From an uncultured virus (IMG/VR IMGVR_UViG_3300033163_000174) (lineage: Duplodnaviria; Heunggongvirae; Uroviricota; Caudoviricetes), in the IMG/VR virus record IMGVR_UViG_3300033163_000174: a stretch of DNA of 20,000 nucleotides; one strand, 5' to 3'. The notes beneath the pieces were generated by a model. The model was not told the DNA's origin and did not search any database. It saw nothing but the letters and a program-made list of their open reading frames with translations. Positions 15,074-20,000 of the stretch are shown piece after piece. The translations under genes were made by a program, and so were the position numbers. Within the stretch, counting starts at the first letter, position 1, and the number at the start of each line of letters is the position of its first letter.

Positions 15074-16183
15074 ATGAAAATAGCTGTACTCTCAAGCCAT
15101 ACGTCATCACTATTTTGGTTTCGTATGGATATGATGAAAGATTTTATAAAACATGGGCATTCTGTTATCGCCTTAGGACCAGAACCTGAATTAAACTGGA
15201 GAAGTAAATTTGAAGAATATGGTATTCAATACAAGCAACTCTTTGTAGAAAGAAATGGTATAAATCCTTTTAATGATTTAAGGACGTATCGAGAGCTTAA
15301 GCAATTTATGAAAGAAGAAAAGCCAGATAAAGTATTTGCATATCAAGCAAAAACTGTAGTTTATGGAAGTCTTGCAGCAAAATCTAATGGCATTACTGAA
15401 GTATATACCCTGATAGCAGGTCTGGGATCTATTTTCAGAGGAGAAGGGCTTAAAAACAAAATAATCAAAACAATAATGAAGACAGAATATCGTTTGTCAT
15501 GTAATGCAAGTAAAAAGGTGTTTTTCCAAAACAATGATGATAAAAACGAGTTTATAAATAACGGACTTATTCAAGAAGAAAAAATCGAGATTATTAATGG
15601 ATCAGGTGTAAACCTTGAGAAGTTTAAACCAGAACCCTTGCCTGATATACCGGCATTCTTGTTTATCGGTAGATTAATCAAAGATAAGGGTGTAATGGAG
15701 TATTTAGAAGCCTGTAAGAGAGTTAAGGCTGAATATCCTGAAGTAAGATGCTTACTTGTGGGACCTTATGATAGCAATCCTTCAGCTTTGAAGCCAGAAG
15801 AACTACAGCCATTTATTGATCAGGATATTATTGAGTATTTTGGAGAGCAGGCCGATGTTAGACCATATTTGAAACAGTGTAGCACTTATGTTTTACCTTC
15901 TTATCATGAAGGGACGCCTAAAACTGTTCTTGAAGCTATGGCAATAGGGCGTTCAATTATAACCAGTGATGCTCCAGGTTGTAGAGAAACTGTTACAGAT
16001 GGATACAATGGGTACCTAGTGCCCGTCAAAGACATTGATGGCTTAACAGATAAAATGAAAGCTCTTATTGAAAATTCATCAACAAGTAAGTTAATGGCTG
16101 AGTATAGCTTGAGGCTTGCCAGAGAAAAATATGATGTCAATTTAGTCAATGAATCTATAATGAAAACTATGCAATTAATATAG
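15074..16183 (+). CDS. Glycosyltransferase family 4 (PglA/CapM-like)
   Basis: FR-x-x-M, K-x-V-x-YG, AGLGS-x-F, FQN-x-DD, I-x-GSGV, FIGRLIKDKG-x-x-E, VLPSYHEGTPKTVLEAMA, SDAPGCRE. Confidence 0.92.
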   Translation: MKIAVLSSHTSSLFWFRMDMMKDFIKHGHSVIALGPEPELNWRSKFEEYGIQYKQLFVERNGINPFNDLRTYRELKQFMKEEKPDKVFAYQAKTVVYGSLAAKSNGITEVYTLIAGLGSIFRGEGLKNKIIKTIMKTEYRLSCNASKKVFFQNNDDKNEFINNGLIQEEKIEIINGSGVNLEKFKPEPLPDIPAFLFIGRLIKDKGVMEYLEACKRVKAEYPEVRCLLVGPYDSNPSALKPEELQPFIDQDIIEYFGEQADVRPYLKQCSTYVLPSYHEGTPKTVLEAMAIGRSIITSDAPGCRETVTDGYNGYLVPVKDIDGLTDKMKALIENSSTSKLMAEYSLRLAREKYDVNLVNESIMKTMQLI

Positions 16184-16201
16184 CGAGAAGGAGTAATCAA
16201 A

Positions 16202-17521
16202 ATGAACTTATACGAAAAAATCAAAAACAGAGAAGAAAAAATTTCACTAGTAGGTCTTGGTTATGTAGGTATGCCGATTGCGGTTGCATTTGCAAAAAAA
16301 ACAGATGTCATAGGGTTTGATATCAGCAAAGAGAAGGTTGAATTATACAAAAAAGGAATAGATCCAACTAAAGAGGTTGGAGATGATGTGATAAAAGAGA
16401 CAACTGTAGAATTCACAGCAGATGAGAGCAAACTTAAAGAAGCTAAGTTTCATATTGTTGCAGTTCCTACTCCGGTTAATGCAGATCATACACCTGACTT
16501 AAGACCAGTTGAATCAGCGAGTAGAACGGTAGGTAGAAATCTTACTAAGGGGTCTATTGTTGTATTTGAATCTACAGTTTATCCGGGGGTAACGGATGAC
16601 ATTTGTATACCTATTCTTGAAAAAGAATCAGGAATGAAATGTGGAGAAGATTTCAAAGTTGGATATTCACCTGAAAGAATTAACCCAGGCGATAAGGTGC
16701 ACAGGCTCGAAACAATAGTAAAAGTTGTAGCCGGAATGGATGAAGATTCTCTTGATGTAATAGCTAAAACATATGAGTTGGTTGTTGATGCCGGAGTACA
16801 TAGAGCTGAATCAATTAAGGTGGCTGAAGCTGCCAAGGTTATTGAAAACTCACAAAGAGATATCAATATCGCATTTATGAACGAGCTTTCTATAATCTTT
16901 AATAAGATGGGAATTGATACAAAAGCGGTTCTTAAGGCTGCAGGAACGAAGTGGAACTTCCTTAACTTCTCCCCTGGTCTAGTTGGAGGACACTGTATTG
17001 GCGTAGACCCATACTACCTAACTTACAAAGCGGAACAATTAGGATACCACTCTCAAATCATCCTTTCAGGAAGAAGAATCAATGATGACATGGGTAAATA
17101 TGTGGTTGAGAATTTGATTAAGAATCTTATAAAAGCAGACGTTCCAGTCAAAGATGCAAGAGTCGCAATCCTAGGGTTTACATTTAAAGAAAACTGTCCA
17201 GATACTAGAAATACAAGAGTTATCGATATCGTAAATGAACTAAAAGAGTATGGTTTGACTCCTATGATTGCAGATCCGGAAGCTGATGCTGAAGAGGCCA
17301 AATATGAGTATGGACTTGCGTTTGATACAATAGAAGACATTAAAGAAATGGATGCAGTTGTTGTAGCTGTTGGACATGATCAATTCTTGAAATTGACTAC
17401 AGAAGACTTCAGTAAGATGTTCAAAAAAGGCTCAAATGAAGGCAAAGTATTACTTGATATTAAAGGAATCCTAGATAGAAAAGAGTATGAAACAGCAGGA
17501 TATAAATACTGGAGACTGTAA
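16202..17521 (+). CDS. UDP-N-acetylhexosamine 6-dehydrogenase (WbpO/TviB/CapL family)
   Basis: VGLGYVGMP, VAVPTP, VFESTVYPG, GYSPERINPGD, AEAAKVIENSQRDINIAF, PGLVGGHCIGVDPYYL, LGFTFKENCPD-x-RN. Confidence 0.95.
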   Translation: MNLYEKIKNREEKISLVGLGYVGMPIAVAFAKKTDVIGFDISKEKVELYKKGIDPTKEVGDDVIKETTVEFTADESKLKEAKFHIVAVPTPVNADHTPDLRPVESASRTVGRNLTKGSIVVFESTVYPGVTDDICIPILEKESGMKCGEDFKVGYSPERINPGDKVHRLETIVKVVAGMDEDSLDVIAKTYELVVDAGVHRAESIKVAEAAKVIENSQRDINIAFMNELSIIFNKMGIDTKAVLKAAGTKWNFLNFSPGLVGGHCIGVDPYYLTYKAEQLGYHSQIILSGRRINDDMGKYVVENLIKNLIKADVPVKDARVAILGFTFKENCPDTRNTRVIDIVNELKEYGLTPMIADPEADAEEAKYEYGLAFDTIEDIKEMDAVVVAVGHDQFLKLTTEDFSKMFKKGSNEGKVLLDIKGILDRKEYETAGYKYWRL

Positions 17522-17539
17522 TGAAAGGTTGTGTACATC

Positions 17540-18514
17540 ATGGGATATGAAAATATTGAATTTGAAAAAGATAGTGTATTTCTCGTAACAGGTGGAGCTG
17601 GTTTTATTGGTTCCAATCTGTGCGAAGCTTTATTGGATAAGGGTTATAAGGTCAGATGTCTAGATGATCTGTCTAATGGAAGACAGACTAATGTGGATCT
17701 ATTTATTAATAACCCAAATTATACTTTTATCAAAGGAGATATAAGAAGTCTAGATACATGCATGAAGGCATGTGAGGGCGTCGATTATGTATTAAATCAA
17801 GCTGCATGGGGAAGTGTTCCAAGAAGCATTGAAATGCCGTTATTATATGAAGAAATCAATATTAGAGGAACACTAAATATGATGGAAGCTGCAAGACAAA
17901 ATGGCGTGAAAAAATTTGTTTATGCATCTAGCTCTTCCGTTTACGGAGATGAACCTAACCTTCCTAAACAAGAAGGTAGAGAAGGGAACCTTTTATCGCC
18001 ATATGCTTTAACTAAAATGGTTGATGAAGAATATGGAAAGCTCTATTCAAAATTATATGGATTGGATACTTATGGACTAAGATACTTCAATGTGTTTGGA
18101 AGAAGACAAGATCCTGAAGGCGCTTATGCTGCAGTGATCCCTAAGTTTATTAAGCAATTACTCGATGGCGAAAGACCAACGATAAATGGTGATGGCAAAC
18201 AAAGTAGAGACTTTACTTATATTGAGAATGTAATAGAGGCAAATTTAAAAGCGTGCAAGGCGTCATCTGAAGTTGCAGGAGAAGCTTTTAATATTGCATA
18301 TGGTGGTAGAGAATATTTGATTGATGTTTATAATTCCTTATGTAAAGCTCTTGGAAAAGATATTAAACCAATCTTTGGCCCAGATAGAAAAGGTGATATA
18401 AAGCATAGTAATGCTGATATTAATAAGGCTAAAGAGATGTTAGGATATGATCCTAGTTGGAGTTTTGAAAAAGGGATTGAGGCTGCAATAGAATGGTATA
18501 GGGAGAATTTATAA
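17540..18514 (+). CDS. UDP-GlcNAc(A) 4-epimerase (WbpP/TviC/WbgU family SDR)
   Basis: VTGGAGFIGSNL, QAA-x-GSVPRS, YASSSSVYGD, SPYA-x-TK, LRYFNVFGRRQDP-x-GAYAAVIPKF, GDG-x-x-SRDF, GDI-x-HS-x-ADI. ATG 17540 preferred; GTG 17531 is an alternative start. Confidence 0.93.
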   Translation: MGYENIEFEKDSVFLVTGGAGFIGSNLCEALLDKGYKVRCLDDLSNGRQTNVDLFINNPNYTFIKGDIRSLDTCMKACEGVDYVLNQAAWGSVPRSIEMPLLYEEINIRGTLNMMEAARQNGVKKFVYASSSSVYGDEPNLPKQEGREGNLLSPYALTKMVDEEYGKLYSKLYGLDTYGLRYFNVFGRRQDPEGAYAAVIPKFIKQLLDGERPTINGDGKQSRDFTYIENVIEANLKACKASSEVAGEAFNIAYGGREYLIDVYNSLCKALGKDIKPIFGPDRKGDIKHSNADINKAKEMLGYDPSWSFEKGIEAAIEWYRENL

Positions 18515-18565
18515 GATAAAATCAAAGGGGTAGGCAGTCTAACTGTTTATGAAAATGGTGATAGT

Positions 18566-19663
18566 ATGAAAAAAATACTTTTTGTTGCTCCTAACCTTGA
18601 ACATGGCGGAGCGGAATCGGTACTCGTTAAAATCATAAATAATATAGATTTAAAAAATTACGAGGTAAAACTAGCTTTGTTACAGAAAAGAGGTAGTCAC
18701 TTATCAAAATTAAAAAATGATATTGAGATTCTTGATTTAAAGGCTAAAGGTCCTATTGAATCTATTTTAGAATTGAAAAAAGTAATTAGACAGGAGAAGC
18801 CTACTACAGTCTTTTCAATAATTGGGCATGTTAACATATATATGGCAATCCTAAAAGTACTGTTTTTTAAGAATACTAAGTTTATTGCTAGGGAGAATGT
18901 AGTTTATAGTGAGTGGCTGTATAAAGATAGAAACATCAAAAAAATTGTATTGGGTATGTTATATTCAATTTATTTAAAAAAATTGGACGTTATAATGGTT
19001 CAGTCAAATTTTATGGCTGAACAAGTAGTGAGATATTTTAATGTTCCAAAAGACAATATTGCTGTATTTAATAATCCATTAGAACACAGTAAAATAGACG
19101 AACTTCAAAAGCAAGAATTAAATGATAATAGATGGGATTTTAACAAGATTAATTTAATTGCTGTAGGAAGAATTGAAAAAGTAAAAAATTATGAGGATAT
19201 GATAGACATATTCAACACTCTTCCAGATAAATTTCATTTAAATATATTAGGTGATGGTAAAGAGAAAAAAAATCTTCAAAACTATATTTCTGAAAAATCT
19301 ATGGATAGTAAAATCACCTTATATGGATATGTCGACAATCCATATAAGTACATGCAAAATTCTTTCGTGCTATTACTTACATCACACAGAGAATCATATC
19401 CAAATGTAGTTTTAGAGGCAAATGCCTGTGGAATATATGCTGTGTCATATGATATGCCTGGTGGAATAAAAGAAATGATTAAAGAAGGGGTAAATGGAAG
19501 TATAGTGACATACGGAAATAAAAAAGAGTTTGCCAATAAAATATTGCAAATTTCAAAAGATGGTTATAACTCAAACGTTATTCTAGAAGGTATTAAAAAG
19601 TACTCTATAGACTCTTATATGTCAAACTTATACAAACTTTTGGTCGGCAATCATGATGTTTAG
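18566..19663 (+). CDS. Glycosyltransferase family 4
   Basis: L-x-x-GGAE, AVGRI-x-x-VKN, ILGDG, GYVDNPY-x-YM, S-x-x-ESYPNVVLEA-x-A-x-G. Visibly more AT-rich than the upstream genes. Confidence 0.9.
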   Translation: MKKILFVAPNLEHGGAESVLVKIINNIDLKNYEVKLALLQKRGSHLSKLKNDIEILDLKAKGPIESILELKKVIRQEKPTTVFSIIGHVNIYMAILKVLFFKNTKFIARENVVYSEWLYKDRNIKKIVLGMLYSIYLKKLDVIMVQSNFMAEQVVRYFNVPKDNIAVFNNPLEHSKIDELQKQELNDNRWDFNKINLIAVGRIEKVKNYEDMIDIFNTLPDKFHLNILGDGKEKKNLQNYISEKSMDSKITLYGYVDNPYKYMQNSFVLLLTSHRESYPNVVLEANACGIYAVSYDMPGGIKEMIKEGVNGSIVTYGNKKEFANKILQISKDGYNSNVILEGIKKYSIDSYMSNLYKLLVGNHDV

Positions 19664-19680
19664 TATGGAGGTGACATTTT

Positions 19681-19935
19681 GTGAAGAAGGATAGTTTTTT
19701 TATAGGGCAATTAATTGCGTTATTTTTTGTTGCTTCAATACTTATTATAATGAATGATTATATTGAACTAGGGTTGGTTATTACTGGTATATTAAGCTTA
19801 TTGATATTGCTCTGGAGTAAGCATGTAATTGGTAATTATACTAATGCAACAGTCATGTTTATTGCTTTTAATATTTTTTATTTGATAGGAAAGTTCTACT
19901 TTTCTATCAAAGACATTTTAGAATCAAAAAAATAA
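19681..19935 (+). pseudogene. Short hydrophobic ORF, probable truncated polysaccharide polymerase (Wzy-like) N-terminus
   Basis: RBS GGAGGTG + GTG. About three TM segments, then an early stop; the other two + frames also close by about 19995. The position after GTs in an EPS locus fits wzy, but the identity is inferred. Confidence 0.4.
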
Positions 19936-20000
19936 TCCAAGGCACAAAAATAAGGCCAAGGATTAAAATGGCAATGATTTATTCGTGTTTGTAAGTAACG

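Noticed and set aside
1449..19536. Short alternative-frame and antisense ORFs in the track (e.g. 1449-1652, 1805-2148, 5200-5517, 6351-6554, 7799-9004, 13813-14142, 15904-17616, 18328-18525, 19282-19536)
   Set aside because: All lie largely or wholly within well-supported + strand genes, show Ser/Phe/Leu/Ile-rich shadow composition and have no recognisable motifs.
19926..19935. Simple frameshift at the A7 run restoring the last ORF
   Set aside because: Both alternative frames hit stop codons within about 60 nt.

Overview
AT-rich Firmicute (Clostridia-like) DNA with all credible genes on the + strand, in four blocks. (1) 1-3891: right end of a prophage late region, with a tail/minor structural protein (5'-partial), an Asp-box tail-associated protein, a holin and an Amidase_2/SPOR endolysin. 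(2) 4139-10895: an unusual cluster of four large serine recombinase (LSR) modules in three ORFs. A translationally coupled pair (type A + type B) is followed by a diverged second A+B pair fused into one 1099-aa ORF that keeps a strong internal RBS and in-frame GTG at the fusion joint. Both units are preceded by the same 12-bp upstream motif. (3) 11018-12878: an AbiEi/AbiEii type IV toxin-antitoxin/abortive-infection cassette with a duplicated palindromic operator over a sigma-A promoter. It is followed by a repeat-rich non-coding region (12885-13521) containing three 18-bp repeats at exact 33-bp spacing and probably the right end of the element. (4) 13522-19935: a surface-polysaccharide (capsule/EPS) locus with an initiating phosphoglycosyl transferase, an SDR epimerase, two GT4 enzymes, a WbpO/TviB-like dehydrogenase plus WbpP/TviC-like epimerase, and a truncated membrane protein (possibly wzy). 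Family assignments come from motif recognition by eye; no searches were run.
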